DNA of 64,000 nucleotides from Bacillales bacterium (GTDB taxonomy: Bacteria > Bacillota > Bacilli > Bacillales > DASSOY01), in NCBI GenBank assembly GCA_035700025.1, contig DASSOY010000012.1, forward strand, positions 47,191 through 111,190, given 5' to 3'. Below the pieces are notes generated by a model. That model ran no database searches, was not told where the DNA came from, and saw only the letters and a program-made list of their open reading frames with translations. Shown here one piece after another: positions 26,134 to 36,220 of this stretch. Every line of letters starts with the position of its first letter. Within the stretch, counting starts at the first letter, position 1. The translations under genes and the position numbers were made by a program.

Positions 26134-26714
26134 TTACTTTTCGAGCCGGCGACGATGAATGTATGCCAGTTCATCTTCATGGTTCAAAGTCGGTGAAGAC
26201 GGGGTTTCCAAAATGAATGGAACCCCTTTTCACCGCTTCGGATCGGATGACGGAATGTCGTGCCCATCTCCGAACTTTTTCCGGCCGTATTCTCGATCAA
26301 CAGCAAACTCTTCCCTTTCCAACGTCCCAAAACCTCGTTCAAGGTTTCGATGATTGTTTTATAGGCTTTAAGCACTTGTTGACGCTTGCGTGAACCGAAA
26401 TGAACGACAAGTCCAATTGAACCGGAATCCTCCACGATCTCGAGATCGTTCAAGATCGATTCGGCAACGATGGTGCGCGTTTCTTTGTCTTCTGCAGCGA
26501 TAGTTGTCGGGTAAGGGGCATGGGCCAACGAGACGATCCCGTGTCGGCGGCAATATTGCGCGCATCTGGATGCCTCATTTCGGTCGTGTCGTTTGATTTG
26601 CAGGCTGCGCGGGTTTTTCGGAAAAAATTGAAACGCCCGTGCGCCGATCGAATGAGCATAGAGCGCCGCCCGATAATAGCCTTTTCTAATGTTCGCGTGA
26701 CATCCGAGTTTCAT
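26134..26714 (-). pseudogene. nfo: Endonuclease IV (nfo) with an internal deletion of ~95 codons plus a frameshift
   Basis: The N-terminal part (MKLGCHANI...GARAFQFFPKNPRSL...LAHAPY...VVHFGS...LLLIENTAGKSSEMGTTF) is collinear with Nfo up to the ENTAG block. About 10 codons later a different frame reads KGVPFILETPSSPTLNHEDELAYIHRRRLEK*, the Nfo C-terminal I/VPxILETP block. The CxDTCH, LHxND and DRH metal-ligand region is absent. Confidence 0.65.
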
Positions 26715-26765
26715 GTCGCCCTCCGATCCAATGTTTGCTGTTAGCTTGCATGGGACGAAAGACAG

Positions 26766-27830
26766 CTATACGCGGGAACTCCTTGCCGTTTCTTTCAACA
26801 ACGCGATCACGTCTTCTATTGTCGCCGTCCGGTCGCTCCGGTCCATATTTTTCAAGTAATACGCCCGATGCTCATACACTTCGTTCACCTTCGTTACAAA
26901 GGTTTCGCTTGTTAAATGTTCTTCAGGAAGCACTTCGCAAAATCCGGCTTTTTCGAATGAGCGTGCGTTCAAAATTTGATCACCGCGGCTCGAGGCGGCT
27001 GGAAGCGGAATAAGCAGCATCGGTTTTCGCAAAGAGAGAAATTCGAAAATCGCGTTCGCTCCTGCCCGGGAAACGATGAAGTCGGCAAGCGCCAGCAAGT
27101 CGGGGAGTTCTTTGTCGACATATTCGAACTGGCGATACCCGTGCCGTTCCATCGACGGAATGACATTTCCCTTTCCGCATAGATGAACAACTTGGTACTT
27201 TTCAAGCAAGACATCCAGCTGATCGCGAACGGATTCATTGATTGCTCTCGAACCGAGACTCCCGCCCATGATGAGCATTACCGGTTTGTGTTTTGTAAAT
27301 CCGCAAAGCGCCAACCCCCGGTTCGCATTCCCGAGTTTTAATTCCTCGCGAATGACCGCACCAATATGCTGTACTTTGCCTGCCGGAAGATGTTGTGCCG
27401 TTTCCGGAAATGTCGTGCACACTTTTGTCGCAAAAGGGATGGCGAGTTTATTCGCCAGACCGGGAGTTAAGTCAGACTCGTGAATCACGGTCGGGACCCG
27501 GTTCAATCTCGCGCCTAAAACGACTGGTACGGAAACGAAACCGCCTTTTGAAAAGATCACAGACGGTTTTATTCTGCGAATGATGCGATACGACTGTACA
27601 ACACCTTTCATGACTTTGAATGGATCTTTGAAATTGTTCCAGTCGAAATAGCGGCGCAGCTTGCCTGTCGATATGGCATAATAATCAACACCGCTCAACT
27701 TACCGACGAGCTCGCGCTCAATCCCTGTTTCTGAACCAACGTATGCAACTTCCCAGCCTTGCTTTAAAAATTCCGGGATCAAAGCCAAATTGACGATGAC
27801 GTGACCGGCCGTTCCCCCGCCGGTGAACAA
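26766..27830 (-). CDS. murG: Undecaprenyldiphospho-muramoylpentapeptide beta-N-acetylglucosaminyltransferase (MurG, second-type paralog)
   Basis: Contains [44 protein letters not shown] and [12 protein letters not shown]. The TTG start is at 27830, with a possible CTG at 27845. Confidence 0.9.
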   Translation of the reverse strand: MFTGGGTAGHVIVNLALIPEFLKQGWEVAYVGSETGIERELVGKLSGVDYYAISTGKLRRYFDWNNFKDPFKVMKGVVQSYRIIRRIKPSVIFSKGGFVSVPVVLGARLNRVPTVIHESDLTPGLANKLAIPFATKVCTTFPETAQHLPAGKVQHIGAVIREELKLGNANRGLALCGFTKHKPVMLIMGGSLGSRAINESVRDQLDVLLEKYQVVHLCGKGNVIPSMERHGYRQFEYVDKELPDLLALADFIVSRAGANAIFEFLSLRKPMLLIPLPAASSRGDQILNARSFEKAGFCEVLPEEHLTSETFVTKVNEVYEHRAYYLKNMDRSDRTATIEDVIALLKETARSSRV

Positions 27831-27942
27831 AATACGCTTCTCCAGTTTACACCCTCCAAAAACGATCTAAGTAAGTCTTCGATTTGCAAGAAAAAATTTC
27901 CTTCCGATTCATCTGACAGAATCCGAAGGAAGCCTAGCCGTC

Positions 27943-28602
27943 CTATGAAAAAGAATACATCCAAAATCGTTCGTACCCGAGCCATTTGACGAGTTCAGGA
28001 TCCCGTTTCTCCGCACGTTCTTCCCATTCACGGACAATGCCGGGAATTTGTGACGCATGTGCTTTCAAGGCTTCGATCTTCTTGTCGAGTACATCGGTAA
28101 CATCAATGACGACGTCCGGTTCGCCGAGCAATTGTTCGCTGTTCGGCAAAATCGCTTTCAAATACACTTTCGGTCTTTCCTGTTCGCCAAGGCGGGATGC
28201 GGCATTGACGACGGCAGCCCCGAGCGCATCGTGATCCGGATGAATCCCGTGTTCCGGATAAAACGACACGACAATCGTCGGATTCACTTCGCGAATGATT
28301 TCCTCCATTCGGTCGGCGAGCACCTCGGGGTTTTCAAATTCAAGCGTTTTATCCCGCATGCCGAGCATCCGTACATCTTCGACCCCTAACGCGTCGCACG
28401 CCGCTTTTAACTCTTTCTCGCGAAATTTGTACAACGTTTCACGGTTCGCAAAAGGCGGTTTTCCCATGTTCCGCCCCATCTGTCCGGATGTGGCGCAAAC
28501 ATGCGTCACCGGCCACCCTTTTTCTCTGTACTGCGCCATCATCCCCGCCGCGCCGAAAGCTTCATCGTCGGGATGCGGCAACACGACCAACAAACGTTCC
28601 AT
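27943..28602 (-). CDS. bshB2: Bacillithiol biosynthesis deacetylase BshB2 (LmbE/PIG-L family)
   Basis: The MERLLVVLPHPDDEAFGAAGMM motif and HPDH are present. It lies immediately downstream of a yojF-like gene, as in Bacillus subtilis yojF-yojG. Confidence 0.85.
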   Translation of the reverse strand: MERLLVVLPHPDDEAFGAAGMMAQYREKGWPVTHVCATSGQMGRNMGKPPFANRETLYKFREKELKAACDALGVEDVRMLGMRDKTLEFENPEVLADRMEEIIREVNPTIVVSFYPEHGIHPDHDALGAAVVNAASRLGEQERPKVYLKAILPNSEQLLGEPDVVIDVTDVLDKKIEALKAHASQIPGIVREWEERAEKRDPELVKWLGYERFWMYSFS

Positions 28603-28615
28603 TCGCTCTCACTCC

Positions 28616-28945
28616 TTATTCGAAAGCTTCCTCGCCGATTTGACAGGCGACGGCCAACTTTCCTTCCTCATCATGGCCGGCCAACAACAGCCGCCCCTTT
28701 TCGTCGACTTCCCAATGCGTCAAGCCTTCGGCATAAACCCATCCGTGTTCCATTTTCAATCCAACCCGGAAAGGTCCGGTTCCTTTAATCCGCCCTTCCG
28801 AGTAGTGAATGCTTCCGTTTCTTATGTATGCGCCGACTTTTTTCGCAGAATAAGCGCCGTTAGTCGTTTCCAAATGCAAAAACACCGTTTTATTTGCCAA
28901 TCGGTCCACTTCTCGCTGGACTTTTTCGATTTCGATCGGAGTCAT
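28616..28945 (-). CDS. yojF: YojF-like DUF1806 protein
   Basis: MTPIEIEKVQREVDRLANKTVFLHLETTNGAYS... Synteny with bshB2 supports the call. Confidence 0.7.
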   Translation of the reverse strand: MTPIEIEKVQREVDRLANKTVFLHLETTNGAYSAKKVGAYIRNGSIHYSEGRIKGTGPFRVGLKMEHGWVYAEGLTHWEVDEKGRLLLAGHDEEGKLAVACQIGEEAFE

Positions 28946-29045
28946 CGATTCATCAACCCCCTTGTTATTGGATCTCCTGTCATTCACTATAGCTGATCTG
29001 AACCGTTCACGCTATCATCCTGCTTCTTTCATGACAGCGGCAACA

Positions 29046-29080
29046 ATAAAAAGACACCTCGAACTGTTTCTCAAGGTGTC
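29046..29080 (-). terminator. Intrinsic terminator after the SDR gene
   Basis: Minus strand: GACACCT...AGGTGTC stem followed by TTTTTATTGTT. Confidence 0.75.
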
Positions 29081-29095
29081 AACGCGTCGCTGCCC

Positions 29096-29950
29096 TTAAC
29101 TCGTCGTGAAAGAACCTCCGTTAATATGGATCACTTGCCCGGTCATGTAAGAAGCATCTTCCGATCCGAGCAATACGTAACTCGGCGCAAGTTCTTCCGG
29201 TTGTGCAGCTCTTCCCATCGGCGTGTCCGTCCCAAACTTTTTTACTGCGAAAGCGGGGAATGTCGACGGAATCAACGGCGTCCAGACTGGACCAGGAGCA
29301 ATCCCGTTCACACGTATACCTTTCCCTGCCAGCGATTTGGCCAACGACCGTGTAAATGCGACAATTGCCCCTTTCGTACTCGAATAATCGATCAATTGCG
29401 GATTGCCTTCGTAGGCCGTAACTGAAGTAGTGTTGATGATCGCGCTTCCCTCAGTAAGATGGTTCAAGGCTTGTTTCGTCAAATGAAAAATAGAAAAAAT
29501 ATTTGTCCGGAACGTTTTCTCGAGTTGCTCGGCGTTGATGTCTTCAAGACTGTTTTTCGGATGTTGCTCGGCCGCGTTATTGATCAATACGTCCAGCCTG
29601 CCCAATGTTTCAACGGTTTCTTCGACCGCTCGCTTGCAAAAGACTTCGTCCCCGATGTCGCCGGAAATCAACAAACACCTCCGCCCTTTTTCTTCAACGC
29701 GGCGTTTCGTTTCCCTTGCATCGTCGTGCTCGTTCAAATAAACGATCGACACATCGGCTCCTTCTTTTGCATATGCTATCGCTACCGCTCGTCCGATGCC
29801 GCTGTCGCCCCCGGTAATCATCGCTACTTTGCCTGTCAGTTTGCCGGTTCCGATATAACCGGCATCTTCTGAATCCGGACTTGGTCGCATTTTTTCTTCA
29901 CTTCCCGGCTGCACGTCTTGATGCTGAAACGGCTGTCCTTGTTTGTTCAT
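29096..29950 (-). CDS. SDR family oxidoreductase (YhxC/YdaD general-stress-protein-39-like)
   Basis: Contains ITGGDSGIGRA (TGxxxGxG), NNAA and the long N-terminal extension typical of this subgroup. Confidence 0.9.
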   Translation of the reverse strand: MNKQGQPFQHQDVQPGSEEKMRPSPDSEDAGYIGTGKLTGKVAMITGGDSGIGRAVAIAYAKEGADVSIVYLNEHDDARETKRRVEEKGRRCLLISGDIGDEVFCKRAVEETVETLGRLDVLINNAAEQHPKNSLEDINAEQLEKTFRTNIFSIFHLTKQALNHLTEGSAIINTTSVTAYEGNPQLIDYSSTKGAIVAFTRSLAKSLAGKGIRVNGIAPGPVWTPLIPSTFPAFAVKKFGTDTPMGRAAQPEELAPSYVLLGSEDASYMTGQVIHINGGSFTTS

Positions 29951-30028
29951 TTTCGTTCATTCGGCCTCCTTGCAAAAATGATGCTCTTAATATGTCTCAT
30001 CTTTGCCAGAACTAATCGCGGCGCCGAC

Positions 30029-30060
30029 TAGAAACGCCGACCCATCGAAGGGTCGGCGTC
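30029..30060 (-). terminator. Probable terminator after the thioesterase gene
   Basis: Minus strand: ACGCCGACCC ttcgat GGGTCGGCGT followed by TTTCT (short U-tract). Confidence 0.55.
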
Positions 30061-30068
30061 AATCCATT

Positions 30069-30584
30069 TTATTCCCAAGGTTCTTTCACGCTGAAATGCT
30101 TTGCGAGTTCCGCGCTGCTGCGGCGTCTTTCTTTCCGGTGCTTGGCGCGCTCTTCGGCCGTGTTGTGCAGCCATTTTTCCTCTTCTGTTACCGGTACGAC
30201 TCCGGGAACAGGCGTTGGTTTGCCATCTTGTTTCATGGCAACAAACGTTAAGAATGATACTGCACAAATTTGCCGTTCGCCTGACAGCAAATCTTCAGCA
30301 ATGACCTTGACGAACACTTCCATCGATGTTTGCCCGGTCCACGTCACAAACGCTTCAAGGCAGACGGCGTGTCCTTCCTTGATGGGATGCAGAAAATCGA
30401 GCGAATCGGTTGACGCCGTTACGACCGGATTTCTCGCGTGTTTTGTTGCCGCAATGGACGCAACGTCATCGATGTGAGCCATCAATTTGCCTCCGAAAAT
30501 CGTCCCATGGTGGTTCGTGTCCGGCGGGAGGACGTGACTCGTTTTTACCGTTCTCGATTCTTTCATAAATCGTTGTTCAACCAT
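30069..30584 (-). CDS. Acyl-CoA thioesterase (hotdog fold, YkhA-like)
   Basis: VLPPDTNHHGTIFGGKLMAHIDDVASIAA...VTASTDSLDFLHPI is typical of the family. Confidence 0.85.
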   Translation of the reverse strand: MVEQRFMKESRTVKTSHVLPPDTNHHGTIFGGKLMAHIDDVASIAATKHARNPVVTASTDSLDFLHPIKEGHAVCLEAFVTWTGQTSMEVFVKVIAEDLLSGERQICAVSFLTFVAMKQDGKPTPVPGVVPVTEEEKWLHNTAEERAKHRKERRRSSAELAKHFSVKEPWE

Positions 30585-30853
30585 TGTGCTTCACTACTTT
30601 CATCTTTGTTGATTTGCGGAATAAGTGGTCGACATCAAATGCGTAAGCCAGGCATGGGCGACTGTATCCAGCAGTCTTGAACGTACTCGTATGCCTGTTG
30701 TGCAGTGACATCTAACATTAATACGCTGTCAAATTTCAATCCTTTTGTCAAGCAAACCGGTAGGATCGAAGCTCCGCAGGTGCATATTGCGGCTGCATTC
30801 GCCTGTTAGGAGAAGCCTTATCCATTCCGTTCGAAAGTGACAGTATACTACGT

Positions 30854-30878
30854 AAAAAAAGACGCCGGACAAGGCGCC
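30854..30878 (-). terminator. Probable terminator ~125 nt downstream of the dioxygenase gene
   Basis: Minus strand: GGCGCC ttgtcc GGCGTC followed by T7. Confidence 0.55.
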
Positions 30879-31003
30879 ATTCTATAACATCAACATTCAA
30901 GTGGTTGTGCCGTGATTGCAGATATGCTGAACATTTGTCTGAAACAGGAACCGATTTGCCTTATCGAACGAAACAATGTTTTGTTCGTAAAGCGAATGCG
31001 CGA

Positions 31004-31969
31004 TCAAGATTTTAAAGGTTTCAGCGCAGCTTCAATCGATGAGCGTCGATCTTCCAAAAACGGCGGTAACGCAAGTTTTTTACCTAGTTTGTCCAGATCT
31101 TCGTCCGTGTCAAAACCCGGACCATCGGTCGCAAGCTCGAACAAAATGTGATTCGGTTCCCGAAAATAAAGCGATCGAAAATAATAGCGATCAATGAATC
31201 CGGAATTCGCAATCCGAAATTCAGACATTTTCGCGATCCATTGACGCAATTCCTCTTCGTCTTCGACGCGGAATGCGACATGATGGACACCGCCGCGGCC
31301 GAGCCGTTCCGGCGGCAAGTCGGTGCGCTGCTCAATATGCACTTCTGCACCACTTCCGCCTTCTCCGGTTTCGTATACGAGAATGTCCGGCTGACCGGGA
31401 ACCGACGAGTCGTAGCTTCCTTTGTTGCGGAAACCCATCATTGCCGTCAACATTTGTTCCGTCGGTCGCGGATCAGCCACCGTTAGACGAACCGGACCGA
31501 GTCCGCGAATGCCGTATTTCACCGGAATCGGACTTTTCTCCCACGGATTTCCACCGCTAACGCCTGTATTATGTTCATCCGAGACGAAGATGAGCCGTTG
31601 TCCTTCGAAATCTTCGAAGGCGAGCGACAAACGACCGGCTCTTGGTCGAATGACTTCATGCGGGACGTCATGTTCTTGCAACCGTCGTTCCCAATAGTGC
31701 AAAGCGTCGTCGTTTGCAACGCGCAGCGAAATAGCTGAAATGCTTTGGACGCCGCGTTGATTGCGGGCGGCCGCCGGGATTTCAAAAAACGTCAATTCTG
31801 TACCCGGATTTCCTTTTTCGTCTCCGTAGAACAAATGGTACATCGACGGATCGTCTTGATTGACGGTCTTCTTTACGAGCCTCATTCCGAGTATTTTTGT
31901 ATAAAACGTCAAGTTTTTCGCCGCATCGGCGGTCATCGCCGATACGTGATGAATGCCTTTCAATACCAT
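31004..31969 (-). CDS. Ring-cleaving dioxygenase, VOC/glyoxalase superfamily (MhqA/MhqO-like)
   Basis: GIHHVSAMTADAAKNLTFYTKILGMRLVKKTVNQDDPSMYHLFYGD...GTELTFFE and a second VOC repeat (GGVHHVAFRV) are present. Confidence 0.85.
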   Translation of the reverse strand: MVLKGIHHVSAMTADAAKNLTFYTKILGMRLVKKTVNQDDPSMYHLFYGDEKGNPGTELTFFEIPAAARNQRGVQSISAISLRVANDDALHYWERRLQEHDVPHEVIRPRAGRLSLAFEDFEGQRLIFVSDEHNTGVSGGNPWEKSPIPVKYGIRGLGPVRLTVADPRPTEQMLTAMMGFRNKGSYDSSVPGQPDILVYETGEGGSGAEVHIEQRTDLPPERLGRGGVHHVAFRVEDEEELRQWIAKMSEFRIANSGFIDRYYFRSLYFREPNHILFELATDGPGFDTDEDLDKLGKKLALPPFLEDRRSSIEAALKPLKS

Positions 31970-31989
31970 GAGCGCACCTCCTTAACCGT

Positions 31990-32382
31990 TTATCCATGCG
32001 TCAATCGAAATGCTCCCGGTCCCGTCAGAGCGACAGCAACGGCCGCAGTGAGCAAAACGAGATTGTATTCGATTCCGCCGTTCGTTACCCAGTATCCGTT
32101 TTTTGCGTGGACTTTAATCATTGCAGTGAGCATGGTCGCGACAATGAGCAATGAGGCGAGAGGCGTTAGAAACCCCGCCGCAAACAGCAAGCCACCGACA
32201 AATTCACCTAACCCGGCCATCCACGCCATTGTTTTGCCTGGTTTCAAACCGATAGATTCGAAAAATTTACCGGTTCTTGCTAACCCGTTTCCGCCAAAGA
32301 TGCCAAACAATTTTTGCGAACCGTGACCGGCCATCGTCAAACCTACGACCACTCGCACGAGCAAGATGCCGAACGATCCCAT
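31990..32382 (-). CDS. DoxX family membrane protein (MhqP/CatD-like)
   Basis: Contains LLVRVVVGLTMAGHGSQKLFG...GEFVGGLLFAAGFLTPLASL. The start is the ATG at 32382 (AAGGAG 8 nt upstream). Confidence 0.85.
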   Translation of the reverse strand: MGSFGILLVRVVVGLTMAGHGSQKLFGIFGGNGLARTGKFFESIGLKPGKTMAWMAGLGEFVGGLLFAAGFLTPLASLLIVATMLTAMIKVHAKNGYWVTNGGIEYNLVLLTAAVAVALTGPGAFRLTHG

Positions 32383-32469
32383 ATGGACCACTCCTTGTTC
32401 GATACATTGAAACGCATCGAATTTATCTCGAATTCAAGATAATTATATCATCCAGACCACTTTCCGTGC

Positions 32470-32506
32470 AAAAAAAAAGACGCGCGGAACGCTTTTTTCG
32501 TTCCGC
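32470..32506 (-). terminator. Intrinsic terminator after the RocB-like gene
   Basis: Minus strand: GCGGAACG aaaaaag CGTTCCGC followed by gcgTCTTTTTTTTT. Confidence 0.8.
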
Positions 32507-32516
32507 ACGTGCGAAA

Positions 32517-34208
32517 TTAAACGTGCATAAGCGATTTTCTTTCTTCACTAACAGCGGACTGTTCGCGCAACACATGTCTCATAAACTTTCGGATTAACTT
32601 TGGAAGCACTTCGAACGAATACGGCTTGTAAACGCGCTCCGTCCATTTGTGGGCATCCTTTCCGTATACGCCCATATTGACAGCAGGAATGGAAAGCGAA
32701 CGAATTTGTTTCACGGGGATCGAATATCCGTTTTTTCCCCACGGCACGAAATTGTTGATCATACTGTCGAGTTCCTCGTCGGTTTCGTGGAGATTCAAAT
32801 AACTGCTGTCCGACAAAAACGGGAAAAACCGTTTGATTGCGAACGTTTCGCCGAAATCATCGTCCTCGGCTACGGTTCTCATCGCTTGCAAAACGAGGTT
32901 GTCGCGGTCTTTGCTCCGCTGCAAATAATTGTGAGGACAATGCGGCGGACTGAAAAAGACAACCACCCTCGGGTTCTTCTGCGGGTCTTGTTGCTGCAAC
33001 GCATCAACGATTCGAAACGCCCGCTCCCGCAAATCGAGATCTGCGTTTGCTTCGGAAACTTTTTCGATGATCGCTTGCGTGTCGATGTTTTGGTTTTCCA
33101 GTTCTTGAATGAACTCTTCCAACGTATCGACTCGCAAATGCCACGACAAGTCGGAAGCCGGAAGTTTGGAGGTTTCCAGCGATTTCAAATACTGAACCTT
33201 CAAGCGTTTTTCGACCGCATCACACGCGATCCGCGTTTCCCGCTTGAGTTTCTCGAGAACCGATTTCGGATTTTCCTCGTACAAAAAATAATTGAAATAC
33301 ATGAATGTTTTAAATGCCGTTTGCACATTATAGGCTTCTTTATGATCACGTTGGTGCAAACAAGAAGGCGGATTGACGACTTCTCCCTCGATCGGTTCGG
33401 TTAAATCGATATTGTTGCTTAACCGCCGGTTGATTTCTGAAGCGACGTACGTCGAATCGATTCCTTTTAACGTTTCACCAACATGGGATTCACGGCCGTA
33501 AATGTAAAAGGACGGCAACAGTTTTCCCGCCGCGCCGGTATATAAATATTTTGCATCGTCTCCGGCAAAAAGCGGGCTGATGAAATCCGAGTTGATCGCG
33601 CAAACATAGTCTAAATTTTCTGCTTCGCGCAGCCGTTGCAATTCGCTGATGGCCGAAATAACACCTTTGTGTTCTGACTCTTCGTCGGGATTGAACATCA
33701 TAAGGATATTTCCGTCCAGTTCATGCGCATTTTCGGAAAAATCGAGTAAATTTACAAGATGCACGGCAACGCCGCTTTGCATATCGAGTGCTCCCCGCCC
33801 GAACATCCAATCGCCGGAGCGCGCATCTTCCCGTACTTCTTCGTTCTCATCGTCATTCTGAAAAGACCATTGAAGCTCGTCGGGATCGAACGCATGACGT
33901 TCCAAACGGCCGAAATCGTTCACGCCGACAGTGTCGAGATGCCCGTGGCAAATGATCGTAGCTTTCGTCTCATCCCGCCCTTTCACGAGCGCAAAAATAT
34001 TCCGTTTTTGTTCATCTCCCGAAACCGGCTGTTCCCATACATCGTCGGGATGTCGTTGAAAATATGGGAATTCGCTGATCCATTGCTTTATTTGCTTTGC
34101 TTTCTCGGTTTCCCCTTTTGTGCCGTTGACGCTTGGCATTTGCACAAGTGCTCTAGTTAAATGTTCAACTTGTTGCGGGGGGCTCAATTTTTTTAATGTT
34201 TCATACAT
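32517..34208 (-). CDS. M20/M25/M40 family metallopeptidase, RocB-like (563 aa)
   Basis: The size and blocks (ICHGHLDTVGVNDFG, MMFNPDEESEHKG) resemble Bacillus RocB-type M20 proteins. This is a family-level call only. Confidence 0.7.
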   Translation of the reverse strand: MYETLKKLSPPQQVEHLTRALVQMPSVNGTKGETEKAKQIKQWISEFPYFQRHPDDVWEQPVSGDEQKRNIFALVKGRDETKATIICHGHLDTVGVNDFGRLERHAFDPDELQWSFQNDDENEEVREDARSGDWMFGRGALDMQSGVAVHLVNLLDFSENAHELDGNILMMFNPDEESEHKGVISAISELQRLREAENLDYVCAINSDFISPLFAGDDAKYLYTGAAGKLLPSFYIYGRESHVGETLKGIDSTYVASEINRRLSNNIDLTEPIEGEVVNPPSCLHQRDHKEAYNVQTAFKTFMYFNYFLYEENPKSVLEKLKRETRIACDAVEKRLKVQYLKSLETSKLPASDLSWHLRVDTLEEFIQELENQNIDTQAIIEKVSEANADLDLRERAFRIVDALQQQDPQKNPRVVVFFSPPHCPHNYLQRSKDRDNLVLQAMRTVAEDDDFGETFAIKRFFPFLSDSSYLNLHETDEELDSMINNFVPWGKNGYSIPVKQIRSLSIPAVNMGVYGKDAHKWTERVYKPYSFEVLPKLIRKFMRHVLREQSAVSEERKSLMHV

Positions 34209-34370
34209 GAAAATCCCTCATTCCACATTGTGAAATATAATACCGTATAATGAAATTACTGTCTGTTTCCATCTTAGTAACGATCACCTATCGTGTCAAT
34301 TTACGACGTTTCGGTACTCGTATACAATGATGGAAACCGAGACATTTGCATCGAAACGGGGGATAATGAG

Positions 34371-35114
34371 ATGGTTCAGTCGATCGACCGGGCAATGGAC
34401 ATCATCCAGGTGCTTATTTCCGAAGACAATAGACGTACATGGTCCATATCGGAAATCGCGGACATCGTCGGATTGCCGGCAAGCTCCGTGCATCGCCTGC
34501 TCGGTTCATTGGTAAAGCACGGACTTGTTGAGAAAGCGCCAGAAACAAAACGTTATCAGATCGGGTACACATGGATGGAGATCGGTTATTGGCTGCATGA
34601 ACGTCTTGATTTTCGCCAGACGGCTCGTCCGTTCATGGAACAATTGGCTGCCGATACGCGCGAAACCGTATATTTGAGCGTGCCGACCGGTGATTCTGCC
34701 GTCATTGTCGAGAGAATCGACAGTCCCGACCGTGTACGGATCATCGACAATATCGGGGAAAGAATTCCGATGCATATCGGTGCAGCCAACAAATCAATGC
34801 TGGCGTTCATGGAGGAAATGAAGCGGACACAGATTATCGAAAGCTTGCAACAAATCACGAAAATACAAGGAAAAGAATTAATGGAACAATTAAGCCAAAT
34901 AAAAAACCGCGGTTATGCGGTCAGTTTCGGTGAAAAAACACCAGGGACGGCGTCGATCGCCGCACCGGTCATCAACCGACGTCAAGATGTCGTCGGCGCC
35001 GTTTATATTAACTTTGTGAGAGACGAAACCGCGAACGCTCGCTTTGACGAATGGACAACAAAAGTGAGGGAAGCGGCGCGGCTCGTATCTGCGTCCGTCG
35101 GAAAGGCCTTTTAA
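34371..35114 (+). CDS. IclR family transcriptional regulator
   Basis: MVQSIDRAMDIIQVL...WSISEIADIVGLPASSVHRLLGSLVKHGLVE forms the HTH, followed by an IclR effector domain. Confidence 0.9.
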   Translation: MVQSIDRAMDIIQVLISEDNRRTWSISEIADIVGLPASSVHRLLGSLVKHGLVEKAPETKRYQIGYTWMEIGYWLHERLDFRQTARPFMEQLAADTRETVYLSVPTGDSAVIVERIDSPDRVRIIDNIGERIPMHIGAANKSMLAFMEEMKRTQIIESLQQITKIQGKELMEQLSQIKNRGYAVSFGEKTPGTASIAAPVINRRQDVVGAVYINFVRDETANARFDEWTTKVREAARLVSASVGKAF

Positions 35115-35188
35115 TTTTCAGGCGGCCTGTCAAAATCAAATGGATGCGACACCGAGAAAAGAAAAAATCAACACAATCACCGCACGCT

Positions 35189-36220
35189 TCAACTTGCATC
35201 TTGCATGGAAACGGCAAGCTGAAGAGCCGTCATCGGATTGTTATCCGAGACTACATGATAGACGGCATTGTGCTCCTGCCGGAAGATCATCACTTTATGA
35301 CCAGTGCTGGACATAGAGATGAAGATCGTACCCACGTCATGCGGCGCCGGTAATGTATTTGTGCGAAGAAACGAAACGACCATTTTCGAGAGTTTTGTCA
35401 CCGCATCGAATTCATCGTTCTTTCCGACCGTTGTCACGAACCAACGTCCTTCCTGCCAGCGGAGGCCGGAAATCTTCTGCCCCTTTCCAACGACTGCCGA
35501 AATGTGGTCACCAAGGTCCATGCGTTTCGTCTCGTTTTCAAAGATGTCAACGGGCAAATTTTCCATGACCGACTTTACTTCATTCGCGGCTTCCGATTCG
35601 TTGCCATAGAAGTTTGCCCCAAAACTCGCCAATTCTTGTTCCGCGCCCAATTCTTCCAACAACGGACTGTTTACGTCGATCGGGTTGTTTACGACATAAA
35701 GACGCACTTCGTAATGATCGGGCTTCGATTCAGTCGCAGCAGACAAATATTTTCCTTCGGGAACCGGTAATTTCGTCGGATATCGTTTGGCAACGTCCGT
35801 TTCGATCGCACGAATCGCTTTTTGAACGATGATGCTTGCCGGAACGGCCAATGGTTGCTGAGACGAATGTTGGTCGGACGACGTCAGCATGTCTTTCTTA
35901 TCGCTTGCAAAAAACGTCTTGGCCGATTCTGTGTTTCCCGAATCAGCTTTCGGCACAGATTCGATCATGGCGCTCGAATCGCTCGCTGATTGATTTTGCC
36001 TCGTCGCACCGCCGTCGTGGAGCATCGATCCCGAAGCCGCCCAAACGCCGGCAATGACAATTAGTGAGCATGCGGCAGCGTAAACGGCAAGCGGCTTATT
36101 CCTTCGCCGCCGAATCATTTCGATTCGGTCCATAGTCGATGATCTTGTCGATATGGGAGGAAGGTTTCGGTAAGACCGTTTTAAATGTTCCATTTTTTCG
36201 TCAAAAAGATCGTTTTGCAT
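35189..36220 (-). CDS. Putative membrane-anchored anti-sigma factor with a large extracytoplasmic domain of unknown family
   Basis: It overlaps the ECF sigma gene by 20 nt (ATG 36220, GGAGG 6 nt upstream). It has a single TM segment (LAVYAAACSLIVIAGVWAA) after a ~50-aa cytoplasmic head. The call rests on position and topology. Confidence 0.55.
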   Translation of the reverse strand: MQNDLFDEKMEHLKRSYRNLPPISTRSSTMDRIEMIRRRRNKPLAVYAAACSLIVIAGVWAASGSMLHDGGATRQNQSASDSSAMIESVPKADSGNTESAKTFFASDKKDMLTSSDQHSSQQPLAVPASIIVQKAIRAIETDVAKRYPTKLPVPEGKYLSAATESKPDHYEVRLYVVNNPIDVNSPLLEELGAEQELASFGANFYGNESEAANEVKSVMENLPVDIFENETKRMDLGDHISAVVGKGQKISGLRWQEGRWFVTTVGKNDEFDAVTKLSKMVVSFLRTNTLPAPHDVGTIFISMSSTGHKVMIFRQEHNAVYHVVSDNNPMTALQLAVSMQDAS

